From positions 17,094 to 81,093 of the forward strand of contig JBCNVG010000029.1 of assembly GCA_039630325.1 (NCBI GenBank): a stretch of 64,000 nucleotides of DNA, in the 5' to 3' direction. The notes beneath the pieces were generated by a model. That model was not told the origin of the DNA. It did no database searches and worked only from the letters and a program-made list of their open reading frames with translations. Shown here one piece after another: positions 40,002-49,668 of this stretch. The DNA comes from Bacteroidia bacterium. Lineage in GTDB: Bacteria; Bacteroidota; Bacteroidia; SpSt-205. The translations under genes were made by a program, and so were the position numbers. Each line of letters begins with the position of its first letter. Position 1 is the stretch's first letter.

Positions 40002-40468
40002 TGTCCCTCTTCATCTTGAGCCACTGGAATCAGTGGAGCTGGTACGACACTCGCATGTAAAGCATGATATAATCCTACCAGCATAGGGTTAGGTAGTCCA
40101 GCAAATATGCCTTCATTGGTGTGATAAATGGGGCGCTGCACGCCGAAAAGGGGACGCTTCATCGGTTCTACTTTTCCGCCAAAGATGTGGACTAAGTACT
40201 GATGTCCGAGACAAATGCCCAGTAGGGGCGCCACTGGCTCAGGACGAAAAAGCATCGGCAGAATCTCTGCCAACTGGGCGGGGTGACCTGGGCCAGGACC
40301 GATGATAATTCCCGTCCAGGGGTAATGATATATCTCAGCAGGAGCAATGTCGTCTGCTGGACGCACCGTGACTTCTGCTCCCGCTAATCGAAGAAGACTT
40401 ACGATGTTGTAGGTGAAAGAGTCATAGTTGTCTATCAGCAGAATATGTAGCCGTCCTTCATGGCTCAT
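39863..40468 (-). CDS. Class-I glutamine amidotransferase, anthranilate/aminodeoxychorismate synthase component II
   Basis: ILLIDNYDSFTYNIV…GICLGHQ…GVQFHPDSILT is the TrpG/PabA signature. No trpE/pabB adjacent. Confidence 0.8.
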   Translation of the reverse strand: MSHEGRLHILLIDNYDSFTYNIVSLLRLAGAEVTVRPADDIAPAEIYHYPWTGIIIGPGPGHPAQLAEILPMLFRPEPVAPLLGICLGHQYLVHIFGGKVEPMKRPLFGVQRPIYHTNEGIFAGLPNPMLVGLYHALHASVVPAPLIPVAQDEEGHCMAIMHPSQPVWGVQFHPDSILTPHGGRLIEAWVHTLTPHLTKNV

Positions 40469-40935
40469 AAGCCTTGCAGCAGGCGGCTAACGGGTACTTC
40501 CTCTCTATATACGGAGCGCAATTTCCCTGCACGATCATACACATATATCGTGGGCGCTACGCTATAGCCGAAAAATCCGTCAAACTTGAAGTCTTTATCT
40601 CTGAGCACGAAAATGTTGGGGAGCCCTTTGAGATAAGTGTCTTGGAACTTGCGTATGGATTCAGCGGTTTCTGTGGAGACCCATATGAGCTGAAAATCCT
40701 TCAGAGCTGCGGCGTTTTCCCGCAAGAATGTCGCTTGTTTCTGACAGTGGTCGCAATAAGGATCAAAGAAGAATACTATCCTTCCACGCTGGGCCGGAGG
40801 CAAGTCTTTGTCTGTGAAAGGCTTGCCATCTAAGGTATAAAGCAAAAACTTGGGAAACTCTTGGGCTGGAGGATATTTCTCTGGCTGAGCGTAGAGCCCT
40901 GCCCATAAGAGAGCTCCTATTAGACCGCCTCGCAT
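40465..40935 (-). CDS. Thioredoxin-fold protein (TlpA/AhpC-TSA-like), secreted
   Basis: Signal peptide, CxxC motif (FDPYCDHCQ) in a thioredoxin-like context. Confidence 0.6.
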   Translation of the reverse strand: MRGGLIGALLWAGLYAQPEKYPPAQEFPKFLLYTLDGKPFTDKDLPPAQRGRIVFFFDPYCDHCQKQATFLRENAAALKDFQLIWVSTETAESIRKFQDTYLKGLPNIFVLRDKDFKFDGFFGYSVAPTIYVYDRAGKLRSVYREEVPVSRLLQGL

Positions 40936-40979
40936 ACTTCAAATGTAAAGCAAAAAAGTGTATCCCCTAACTTCGCAGG

Positions 40980-42488
40980 ATGGAGCGATGGGGTAGCCGT
41001 CTGGGAGCGATTTTAGCCCTGATTGGGGGGGCTGTGGGGTTAGGCAACTTTTTGCGGTTTCCTTTTCAGGCTGCCAAGTGGGGTGGCGGAGCGTTTTTGG
41101 TTCCCTACCTCATAGCCCTGGTGGGAGTAGGCTTACCGTTGGTTTGGATGGAAATGATATTGGGACGGGCTGGCGCTCGTCATAAAGGATACAGTGCGCC
41201 CGAACTGCTCCATGCCCTTTTGGGGCCAAAAGGATGGTACATCGGACTACTCGGTGTATATGTCAGCGTAGCGGTGGGGGCTTATTATGCTTACTTGACA
41301 GGTTGGACATTAGGATACACCTGGCACGCTTTGATCGGGAGCTTCGGGAACCTGAGCTTGTCTCAGGTTGTAGCTTTTCATGAGGAGTTTGTTGGAAAGG
41401 AGGCAATCATATTTTGGCTACTCACATGGGCAATCACAGGCTTCATTCTCCATCGCGGTCTGCGTAGGGGACTGGAAGTGGTAAATCTTTGGGGAATGCC
41501 GCTCCTCTTCTTACTTGGACTGCTGATTGCCATAGGAGTAGTTCTAATAGGTGAGACGGGAAGATGCCCTACATGCAGCTCGTTGACTGGGATTGAATAT
41601 TTGTATACGCCGCGTTGGACAGAGTTAAAATCTCCCGCCGTTTGGCTTGCCGCAGTGGGTCAAGTATTTTTTTCTATTGGAGTAGGGTTTGCGATGTATC
41701 CAGTCTATGCGGCTTCGGCAGAGGGGCTGCGTCCGCTTCGGGCTGGCACCCAGACTGTGATAGCAAACACAGTGGCCGAAGTGGTATTAGGTGGGCTGAT
41801 AGTGATTCCGCTTGTGACAGCTTTTTTGGGACTTGAGTATGTGCGGGATAAGGCCGGATTTGGATTAGGCTTTGCTGTCATGCCCTATGTACTAAATGAA
41901 TGGGGAGGGCGAGTGCTTGTTGCAGCTTGGTATGTGCTCTTATTTCTGGCTGCGGTGAGTTCTCTATTGGCGATGGGTTGGGTAGGATTGACGTGGCTCA
42001 GCGCTACTTTGGGCGGAGAACCTCGTCGATGGGCGCCTACACTTGTCATAGGTATGCTTCTCCTTGGTCTCCCTCCCATCTTGGGATATCATGAAGGAAC
42101 TCTCAACCTCTATGACCAAGTTGTAGGCACGCTTATTTTAGTCATAGCGGCTTTGGGGCACTGGTGGGCTTTTCACCGACCAGCAGCGCAACCTCATGTG
42201 CAGGAGGAGGCCCTTCTTCTCTCTAAGCCTATCTGGAAGGTGATCCTGAGATGGATGCCTCCCCTGTTCTTAGGGGGGCTGCTGATAGGCACGCTCTTCC
42301 AGCCAGAGGGTAATGACTGGGTCGCAGCGACAAAAGTCCTTCTGGAAGAGGGGCGATGGCCGTGGAGTTCCGATGGATTTTTTATGCAGATCCTTCAGAC
42401 TCTCAGGGGGTCTGTGTGGAATATCATAGGCCTTATAGAGCTTAGCTTACTCGGGCTCATCCTCATAGCTTTGCGGCGGCGCCCATGA
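40980..42488 (+). CDS. Sodium-dependent transporter, SNF (neurotransmitter:sodium symporter) family
   Basis: GLGNFLRFPFQAAKWGGGAFLVPYLIALVGVGLPLVWMEMILGR is the NSS-family N-terminal signature. 12-TM profile. Confidence 0.8.
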   Translation: MERWGSRLGAILALIGGAVGLGNFLRFPFQAAKWGGGAFLVPYLIALVGVGLPLVWMEMILGRAGARHKGYSAPELLHALLGPKGWYIGLLGVYVSVAVGAYYAYLTGWTLGYTWHALIGSFGNLSLSQVVAFHEEFVGKEAIIFWLLTWAITGFILHRGLRRGLEVVNLWGMPLLFLLGLLIAIGVVLIGETGRCPTCSSLTGIEYLYTPRWTELKSPAVWLAAVGQVFFSIGVGFAMYPVYAASAEGLRPLRAGTQTVIANTVAEVVLGGLIVIPLVTAFLGLEYVRDKAGFGLGFAVMPYVLNEWGGRVLVAAWYVLLFLAAVSSLLAMGWVGLTWLSATLGGEPRRWAPTLVIGMLLLGLPPILGYHEGTLNLYDQVVGTLILVIAALGHWWAFHRPAAQPHVQEEALLLSKPIWKVILRWMPPLFLGGLLIGTLFQPEGNDWVAATKVLLEEGRWPWSSDGFFMQILQTLRGSVWNIIGLIELSLLGLILIALRRRP

Positions 42489-45307
42489 ATCAGGAATGGA
42501 ACTGGCGAGGACTGTGGCTCGGACTACCTCGAGTAGAAAAAGCTTACTTACGAGGCCTTCTCCTGGTTACTGGGGCTGCGCTGATTTGGGGATTGCTGGG
42601 ATGGATTCATCGTCATGATTTTTCAGAAGCATTACTGCCATTCACCTTTCAGGAGGAGAGCATAGAGCCGATTCAAGAGGTAGAGGTGAACTATCGCACC
42701 TACCTCATAGAGGCGCCGATTCGTTGGGCCTATGAGCTTCGAGCGGCGGATATCCTACTACCGCGCGGTTGGAGCTATGGGATCGGTTGGCTAATCAGCA
42801 TACTTGGATGGGCTGCGCTCCTCTCTGCGGTCAGTCGGGCAGAGGGGATAGCTCCATATGCGGTGTATTTCGCATGGGTTGCCTGGGTAGCCCTTAGTGG
42901 TATAGCGAAAGCATGGGCCAAGGTAGATCCATTTTATGTAGTCTCATTAGGTGTGGCCTTGATCGGCCTTCTGCCGAGCTATCTCGCCAAAATAGGAATA
43001 TGGTATCCCAAGCTGGGCCCCTTGGCGATTCTGACAGTAGGCGTAGTTAGCGCTATTTTGGGTATACCGGCTCTCTGGCATGGACCGGTAACCCTGTATA
43101 ACTCCATCTCCAACACCAGCATAGTCAGCTACGCTATGGCTGGGGTAGTAGCTCTCCAAGTGCCCATCGCCCTCTTTACTCTCCTTATTTATCCGCCCAA
43201 GCTTCGGGCTCGCCGGATGGTAGGCGTATGGCTCCTGTCGGTAATGGGGGGCTCTCTGATAGGAGCGCTTATCTGGCTGCCTGATGATTGGGGATATACC
43301 TTGGCGGTGGGGCTTTTCAGCTTAGGCGCCCTAATAGGGTATGCGGGTTTGCAGCCTTATTATCCCGTGCTTGGTGAGACTTTGCGTCAGCCAGCAGCAT
43401 TTTTCTGGGGATGGGGAGGAGTAGTGCTTATTGGTACCAGTGCTTTTGGTTTTCATGGGTGGAATCATCAAGACGTCTATACCTACCGTCTCGCTGAGCT
43501 TTGGCGCTCTATGTTTATGGGAGGCATAGGAGGTATCGTGCTGTATCTCATTTGGAACTTCCTCCCCCTGTGGCGAGCAGGTAAAATGACCTACTGGGAA
43601 CTTGCCCGCAGTACCCGTATCCCTCTGGCTCTGGTATACTTCTTAGCCATAGGGAGCTTTGTTTGGGGCGAAGCTCGCAATGACTGGCCTACGACGCGAT
43701 TACCTACACGCTTGTATGCAATCTCGCAAGCTGAGGCCGCCCTACTTGTGGGCAACTGGGAGGCGGCTGAGACCCTTTACAAGGAGGCCCTCTATGTTTT
43801 GCCTTATGAGCCTAAGCTAAACTACAACTTTGCTCGCCTGCGAGCCCAGCATAACGAGCTTGTCAATGAAGCCGTAGAAAGCTATGAGCGTGCCCTCCTC
43901 AGCAAGCCTATGGAACCCGCAGCTTTACAGGCCTCCTTGGTATGGCTGGCCCTCGATCGACCTGTCAGGGCTATACAACTTTTACAGCGTTATGTCCAGC
44001 GCTTCGGAGGCAACGCCAACTTGTACAATCAGTTAGGGTATGGTTTCTACAAGATAGGGCAGTTGGACTCTGCAGCTTACTACTGGAAAGCAGCGATCCG
44101 CGAATCGCCTGGACGAGCGGAGGCCTATGGGCATTTAGCCATTCTCTATGCCCGCTATAATAAGCCGGACTGGGCGGCAACAGTAGCAGCGCATATCGCT
44201 GGCTGGAAGGAACTTTCTCCGGCCGTCCAGGAAAACTTGGCCTACTTGCGGCTGAGAGGTATTTTGAAGGAAGGCACTTTCAGTGGGTGGAATGCCCAAT
44301 GGCTAGGGGCAGCGGCCGATACGTCGGCAGTAGGACGGTTTGTGGCCTCTATCCGAAGAGGGGCTCTCCGAGAAGCGATGAGCTACCTGCCTTACTTTGA
44401 GCAAAATGATCCAGAGTTAGCACCGAAACTGACTCGTCAGCTTGGGGTGGCTCTTTTGCAAGTAGGCAGCCCCAGAAAAGCCGCCGAGGTCTTTTTGCGA
44501 GCCAAAACGCCCGTAGATTCTCTCTATGCTGGATATGCCCTGGCAGAAGGGGAATGTTGGGATTCAGCGTATGCCTTGATAAGCCGGCTTTGGGGCACTT
44601 ATCCAGAGGTGGAAGCTTCTGCTCGCCGAGAGGTGGCTATTTTACTTACAGTGGCGGGACGCGGTCAGGAAGCAGCGCTCATAGAGCCCCCTACGACTTG
44701 GGAAGATACAGACTTTTTGCGCTTTGGATACTATGCCTACCTACGAAAAGACATTCAAACATTCGTATTGGTACTGCGTCCGTGGATAGATCAAGGAGCA
44801 GCTTACGATGTGCCTTACGAATGGGTGGCTCGGTTATTTTTGATGCAGGGGGACACCAGCGGCGCTGAGGAAAACATTCAAGCTGGCCTGCAGCGTGTGC
44901 CAACTTCTGTGCGATTGAGGCTCCTCAGAGCTGAGGTGGCTCTGGCGCGCAGCAATGCCTCTATAGCCCGAAGCTGGGTGGATTCTGCAGCGGCTTTCAT
45001 AAAAAGTCCTCAGGACTCCCTGCTGAGAGAGCGTTTTATGCTTGCTCTTGACTCAACTCCTTCGCGCATAGAGCAGTTTCTGGCTCGTTTCCCCAATCTT
45101 GCCTTTGCACAAGGGATTTGGGCTCGATATCTCCTTCGGCAGGGGCTCGCCGACTCAGCGTATCGGTTTCTTAGCGAAGCTCTCGAGGTTCATTCCTACT
45201 CTGCTGAGCTTTGGAGAACCTACGCCCAAGTAGCTGAAAGTCTCGGCATGCGCGAAGAAGCTGATTTCGCTAAAAAGAAGCCTGAGCCATGTATAGCTGC
45301 GCCATAG
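42485..45307 (+). CDS. Large polytopic membrane protein with C-terminal TPR repeats, 940 aa
   Basis: About 430 aa of Trp/Gly-rich TM helices followed by about 500 aa of TPR-like Ala/Leu/Tyr-rich repeats. Start overlaps the SNF transporter stop (ATGA). Confidence 0.55.
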   Translation: MNQEWNWRGLWLGLPRVEKAYLRGLLLVTGAALIWGLLGWIHRHDFSEALLPFTFQEESIEPIQEVEVNYRTYLIEAPIRWAYELRAADILLPRGWSYGIGWLISILGWAALLSAVSRAEGIAPYAVYFAWVAWVALSGIAKAWAKVDPFYVVSLGVALIGLLPSYLAKIGIWYPKLGPLAILTVGVVSAILGIPALWHGPVTLYNSISNTSIVSYAMAGVVALQVPIALFTLLIYPPKLRARRMVGVWLLSVMGGSLIGALIWLPDDWGYTLAVGLFSLGALIGYAGLQPYYPVLGETLRQPAAFFWGWGGVVLIGTSAFGFHGWNHQDVYTYRLAELWRSMFMGGIGGIVLYLIWNFLPLWRAGKMTYWELARSTRIPLALVYFLAIGSFVWGEARNDWPTTRLPTRLYAISQAEAALLVGNWEAAETLYKEALYVLPYEPKLNYNFARLRAQHNELVNEAVESYERALLSKPMEPAALQASLVWLALDRPVRAIQLLQRYVQRFGGNANLYNQLGYGFYKIGQLDSAAYYWKAAIRESPGRAEAYGHLAILYARYNKPDWAATVAAHIAGWKELSPAVQENLAYLRLRGILKEGTFSGWNAQWLGAAADTSAVGRFVASIRRGALREAMSYLPYFEQNDPELAPKLTRQLGVALLQVGSPRKAAEVFLRAKTPVDSLYAGYALAEGECWDSAYALISRLWGTYPEVEASARREVAILLTVAGRGQEAALIEPPTTWEDTDFLRFGYYAYLRKDIQTFVLVLRPWIDQGAAYDVPYEWVARLFLMQGDTSGAEENIQAGLQRVPTSVRLRLLRAEVALARSNASIARSWVDSAAAFIKSPQDSLLRERFMLALDSTPSRIEQFLARFPNLAFAQGIWARYLLRQGLADSAYRFLSEALEVHSYSAELWRTYAQVAESLGMREEADFAKKKPEPCIAAP

Positions 45308-45846
45308 CGTATTCGGGTCGCGGGCGATTAGCTGCAGCTGTCGCAGAATATCTCTTGAACCAAGGGATTCGGGTGTTGGGTATAGTAGACCGAAAATCAG
45401 CTTCCGTTGAATCCTTAGAGCGACTGGGGGTGGAGGTATATCGTATCCGTAACGCGGCTGAGGCGTGGCTCAGAGTGTGTGATGAGCAAAAGGTCAAGCT
45501 GGTTGCTTTGGCTGGTTATCTTTCCCTTGTGCCTGAGGCCGTCATTCGGGCATATGAAGGACGAATTCTGAATAGTCACCCGGCCCTCCTGCCGGCTTTT
45601 GGGGGCAAGGGAATGTATGGGCGACGGGTGCATGAAGCGGTGGCTGCTGCGGGAGCGTATGAAAGCGGGTTTACCATTCATCTCGTTTCAGAGCAGTATG
45701 ATGAGGGTCCTATACTTTATCAAGTTCGCTTGCCTGTATGGGGGCTTACCGCCGAGCAAATAGAAGCCTTCGTTCAGGCGGCTGAGAGGGAGGTGTACCC
45801 AGCCTTTATTTATCGGTTCTGGTGCGCATTAGACGCAGGCCGCTGA
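45289..45846 (+). CDS. purN: Phosphoribosylglycinamide formyltransferase
   Basis: …LAGYLSLVPEAVIRAYEGRILNSHPALLPAFGGKG… matches the PurN formyltransferase core. Confidence 0.75.
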   Translation: MYSCAIAYSGRGRLAAAVAEYLLNQGIRVLGIVDRKSASVESLERLGVEVYRIRNAAEAWLRVCDEQKVKLVALAGYLSLVPEAVIRAYEGRILNSHPALLPAFGGKGMYGRRVHEAVAAAGAYESGFTIHLVSEQYDEGPILYQVRLPVWGLTAEQIEAFVQAAEREVYPAFIYRFWCALDAGR

Positions 45847-46933
45847 TTGCAAGCAGAATCGTAATCCCACCCCAGAAGATGCCCGAAGCTATGGTCCAGC
45901 CCCAGGCTATAGGCGGGATGTCTCGTCTCTTCGGAATCCCTCGCACCAAGGGGCTTGTATAAGCTTCTACTTCGGGTGTAAACGCCTCAATGCGTAAGTA
46001 AGTGTCATCTCGAGCGACTGCATATTTCCCCCTGCTGGTTTGGTAGGCTGTATATCGGATCTGGCCATTCTGTCCGATTATACGCAGACTGTCTACAACC
46101 TGAGAGAGCTCAATATAGAGAGTATCGCCTTTGAGCCGTATAAATCGGAAAGTAGGATAGGCTTTTATCGGAAATGGAGTACGATTTCTGTAGCCAACTG
46201 TACGTCCTTTTTGAAGGGCTGGCAGTAAGCTGTCAATCGGTGCTCGCGAAGAAAGAGCAACTTCAGTCCAACGGCTCATTACTTGGTGAGGGTTATAGAC
46301 ATTATGGGCGTTGTCACTAGCAATGATAGGGGCAAAGTGGCCAGAGGATAAGGCGCTATCCCATTCTGCTACGGAGTCTCCGTAACGATTGAGCACTTCT
46401 ATGGCGTCATATCCACCAAGCTTAGCTAACTCAGGGCCTGTGTAGCTGTGTAGAAAGCGCGGATGCGCCACTACCAGGAAGGCGGTTGTGGGTCGTAAGA
46501 GTCGTAGTACATGTTGTTTCGCCGATAGGGTTTGCAGCAGGGGATAATCCCACCAGCGTGTAGAGGTCGTCCAAAAGCACAGTTGATGGACTTTCCCGAC
46601 ATTCCATCCATGTTCATACACTGGAATTGGACTTTGCGGATTTATACGCTGGTAGTCTGAAATGCCTATCCAGCTATAACCCAAGCTGTCATAGGCCCGC
46701 AGAATTTCTGGCGGGGTCTGATAGCCTTCAGAGATGCCCCCCCAAGTGCGACTATGAATGTGGAAATTAGCTCGGCTCCATCGTAGGGTATCGTCAGGGA
46801 AAGGGTTGTACCAGGTCTCTCCTGAAAAAGGGTTAGACTGCTCAAAGTGATAAATAGGGGTAAGAGCTTGGATGCCAGCTACGGGAGCAAGCAAAAGGGA
46901 TAAGAAGGCAAGTAGGCGCTTAGTCCAAAGCAC
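45806..46933 (-). CDS. Secreted PHP-domain metal-dependent phosphoesterase with C-terminal TM anchor
   Basis: Signal peptide. PHP motifs (ANFHIHSRTWGGISEG…, IGISDY, …VVAHP…). C-terminal hydrophobic helix plus basic tail. Confidence 0.45.
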   Translation of the reverse strand: MLWTKRLLAFLSLLLAPVAGIQALTPIYHFEQSNPFSGETWYNPFPDDTLRWSRANFHIHSRTWGGISEGYQTPPEILRAYDSLGYSWIGISDYQRINPQSPIPVYEHGWNVGKVHQLCFWTTSTRWWDYPLLQTLSAKQHVLRLLRPTTAFLVVAHPRFLHSYTGPELAKLGGYDAIEVLNRYGDSVAEWDSALSSGHFAPIIASDNAHNVYNPHQVMSRWTEVALSSRAPIDSLLPALQKGRTVGYRNRTPFPIKAYPTFRFIRLKGDTLYIELSQVVDSLRIIGQNGQIRYTAYQTSRGKYAVARDDTYLRIEAFTPEVEAYTSPLVRGIPKRRDIPPIAWGWTIASGIFWGGITILLAISGLRLMRTRTDK

Positions 46934-48131
46934 GCAGCGCTTCTACGAGGTGAGATAATCCTGCCTGTATTTCTGATAGCGCTACGGCATAGCTGATACG
47001 GATATGTTTGTCTGATCCGAAGCCAGTACCTGGGACGACAGCTACGCCATAGTCCAGTAAGAAGTCTGCCAGCTCATCAGCGTTTCTGATGAGAATCCCG
47101 CTTGGAGACTTTTTACCTAAAAAGGCGGTCATATCTAAGAAGAAGTAAAAGGCTCCTTCGGGCAGATAAGGTTTGGTCTCGGGAAGGTGGCGCTGGATAT
47201 AGTCATAAATGTAGTCTCGCCTGTCTCGGAAAGCTTGAATCATTGGGGATAAGAGAGTCTGAAGGTCGCTACGCAGGCCGACAGTAGCGGCCTTCTGAGC
47301 AATGACATTGGCGCCGGCGGTGGTCTGCCCTTGGACTTTGGTAGCTGCCTCAGCAATATGTCGAGGCGCTATCAAGTAGCCCAGGCGCCAGCCAGGCATT
47401 GCAAACGCCTTAGAAAAACCGTTGCAGATAATAGTGCGCTCAAAGAGAACTGGAAATTGAGCAGGAGAGACATGTTTCCCACTGTATCGGATAAGCTCGT
47501 AAATCTCATCTGAAATGACCCATACCTGGGGATAATCGGCGAGGACTTCTGCCACAGCCCGAAGTTCGTCCAATGAGTAAGCAGTACCTGTGGGATTAGA
47601 GGGTGAGCAGAGGATTATAGCGCGAGTGCGAGGGGTGAGGGCTTCACGGAGCGTTTCAGGAGTGATTTTGTAGTGGGTTTCAGGGGAGGTGGAGATAATC
47701 ACTGGCTTGCCTTCAGCCAGCTGGATCAGAGGCAGATAAGAAACCCAGTATGGAGCGGGAAGGATTACCTCGTCGCCAGGCTCTACAATGGTGAGGAGCG
47801 CATTGAAGATGGCTTGTTTAGAGCCATTAGAGACGACAACATTAGCCGCACTATAAGGCAGCGCATAAGTTTGATAGTAATATTCTGCAATCGCTTCTCG
47901 AAGGGGTAGGAGTCCAGCTACAGGAGGATAAGGTGCATGCCCTTCGCGGATGGCGGCTATCGCTGCCTCTTGTAGCAGAGGCGGAACGGGAAAATCAGGC
48001 TCTCCTAAAAGGAGAGAAAGCACGGACTTTCCCGCCGCTCGCAGTTCACGGACACGCTGAGCCATTCCCAGCGTCTGCGCCTCGCTAAGGGAGGCCACGC
48101 GCTGGGCGACTCCACCAGTGGTCTTAATCAA
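46920..48131 (-). CDS. PLP-dependent aminotransferase class I (aspartate/aromatic aminotransferase-like)
   Basis: Fold-type I signature with …SNGSKQA…, …ISDEIYE…, …CNGFSKAFAMPGWRLGY… (PLP Lys in SKAF). Confidence 0.85.
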   Translation of the reverse strand: MIKTTGGVAQRVASLSEAQTLGMAQRVRELRAAGKSVLSLLLGEPDFPVPPLLQEAAIAAIREGHAPYPPVAGLLPLREAIAEYYYQTYALPYSAANVVVSNGSKQAIFNALLTIVEPGDEVILPAPYWVSYLPLIQLAEGKPVIISTSPETHYKITPETLREALTPRTRAIILCSPSNPTGTAYSLDELRAVAEVLADYPQVWVISDEIYELIRYSGKHVSPAQFPVLFERTIICNGFSKAFAMPGWRLGYLIAPRHIAEAATKVQGQTTAGANVIAQKAATVGLRSDLQTLLSPMIQAFRDRRDYIYDYIQRHLPETKPYLPEGAFYFFLDMTAFLGKKSPSGILIRNADELADFLLDYGVAVVPGTGFGSDKHIRISYAVALSEIQAGLSHLVEALRALD

Positions 48132-48781
48132 GAGAGTATTTTGATCTTCGGTAGTCTCAAGCGATTGAGGGTGAATTTGAGCGCTTCATAAGCGCTGTCT
48201 AACACGTTTTGCCCCATCAGTTCTAAGGGGATGCGGAGATAGGTTTCTATGGCTTTTTCAGTGTCTTCAAATCCTTCGGACTCGTCGTTTAGCCAGAATT
48301 GAATCAGCCCCCAATGAATGCCCCACAGCACATCCAAATACAGATTTTCTAAATGGCGGGACATAATCTCTTCTGAGATTACTCCTTCTTGGATAACCTC
48401 TGCCATGTGAGCTCTGAACTTTCTCTGATAACCGCGCAGCAGAGAGAAATTGGTGTAAGTCTGAGCAATAAAGCTACGATCTTTTACCGCATTTTCAAAG
48501 AAGGTGAAGAAGTAGGCCAGAATCTTTTCGCGAGAGGAGTAGCTTTGATACGTTTCCGAGCCTTTGAGGGTGGATATTACTTCCTCAGCGTAAGTGGTCC
48601 ATATTTTTCGTCCTATGGCATCCAAGGAGGCAAAGTGCTTGTAAAACTCAGCTTCAGAGATATCCAGCGCTTTGCAGAAAGAAAAGACGGACATTTTTTT
48701 GATTTTACCCTCAACTACCAACTGTTTGTACAAATCAACAATACGGGTCTCTACAGGCGCTTCTTTTGTTTTGGTGGCCAT
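48128..48781 (-). CDS. TetR/AcrR-family transcriptional regulator (ORF extends to 48808)
   Basis: N-terminal HTH (…MSVFSFCKALDISEAEFYKHF…), helical C-terminal ligand domain. Overlaps the aminotransferase gene start by 4 nt. Confidence 0.6.
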   Translation of the reverse strand: MATKTKEAPVETRIVDLYKQLVVEGKIKKMSVFSFCKALDISEAEFYKHFASLDAIGRKIWTTYAEEVISTLKGSETYQSYSSREKILAYFFTFFENAVKDRSFIAQTYTNFSLLRGYQRKFRAHMAEVIQEGVISEEIMSRHLENLYLDVLWGIHWGLIQFWLNDESEGFEDTEKAIETYLRIPLELMGQNVLDSAYEALKFTLNRLRLPKIKILS

Positions 48782-48819
48782 AGAGCAAAGGTACAGAGAA
48801 TAACTCATTTATTTGTAGA

Positions 48820-49668
48820 GTGGTGTGGGTAGCGGATGCAGGCGCCACTAAGACTGACTGGGCAGAGGTGGAGACACTTTGGCACTTCTCTGGGGAAGGG
48901 CTGAATGTGGAGGTAGAAGGGTGGCCGGCTGCCAGAGAAAAGTTACTCACGAGCATTCAAGCCCTTCGGGCAGCAGGTAAACAGATTGATGTTCTGCACT
49001 ACTATGGCCCTGCCCTTCATCGGGAAGAGATGAGAGAAAAAATGCGTAGGTTGCTGGCGGAGCTATTGGAGGTTGGGGTGGAGCAAGTGTGGGTATACCA
49101 TGATCTTCTGGGGGCTGCCCGAGCCGCGTGGGGGGCGCAAGCGGGCATCGTAGCCATTTTAGGCACGGGGTCTAACTGCGCATTATGGGATGGTCGTCAG
49201 ATCCTGCGACAAGCAGGAGGACATGGCTATCTCCTTGGCGATGAAGGAAGTGGAGCCGATATAGGCAAAACTTTCCTTAGCGCCCTTCTACATCAAGAAG
49301 TGCCGACCGAAGTGGAGGAGGCTTTTTGGAAATGGAACCCTTTCACCGAAGCCGATACCGCATTAGCCTGGCGAACCCTGGTTTATGCCAGTAAGCAGCC
49401 CTCGGCTTTATTAGGGAGCATAGTGCCTTTTCTCGCCCAAAATCAGTATCACCCTTGGGTAAAGGCATTAGTGAGAAATAGAGTAGAGGTCTTTATACAG
49501 CGGACATGGGGGCCTTGGGCTTCTAAGTTTGGTGTTCGTTATATTGGGGGGGTGGCCTGTGCCTTTGAGTCGCTGGTTCGAGAGGTCACGCAAGACTATG
49601 GGGGGCAGTGGGGAGGAGTAATTCCGCAGGTCTGGAAAGCACTTGCAGCTTACCATGCTGGACGGTGA
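48820..49668 (+). CDS. BadF/BadG/BcrA/BcrD-type ATPase (N-acetylglucosamine kinase-like)
   Basis: VWVADAGATKTDWAEV… and ILGTGSNCALWDG… and GHGYLLGDEGSGADIG match the ASKHA-fold GlcNAc-kinase family. Confidence 0.6.
   Translation: MVWVADAGATKTDWAEVETLWHFSGEGLNVEVEGWPAAREKLLTSIQALRAAGKQIDVLHYYGPALHREEMREKMRRLLAELLEVGVEQVWVYHDLLGAARAAWGAQAGIVAILGTGSNCALWDGRQILRQAGGHGYLLGDEGSGADIGKTFLSALLHQEVPTEVEEAFWKWNPFTEADTALAWRTLVYASKQPSALLGSIVPFLAQNQYHPWVKALVRNRVEVFIQRTWGPWASKFGVRYIGGVACAFESLVREVTQDYGGQWGGVIPQVWKALAAYHAGR

Noticed and set aside
39863-40468. Calling the glutamine amidotransferase trpG and inferring a tryptophan operon
   Set aside because: No trpE/D/C/B/A genes are adjacent. The protein could equally be PabA or a shared TrpG/PabA, so it is left as a generic component II.
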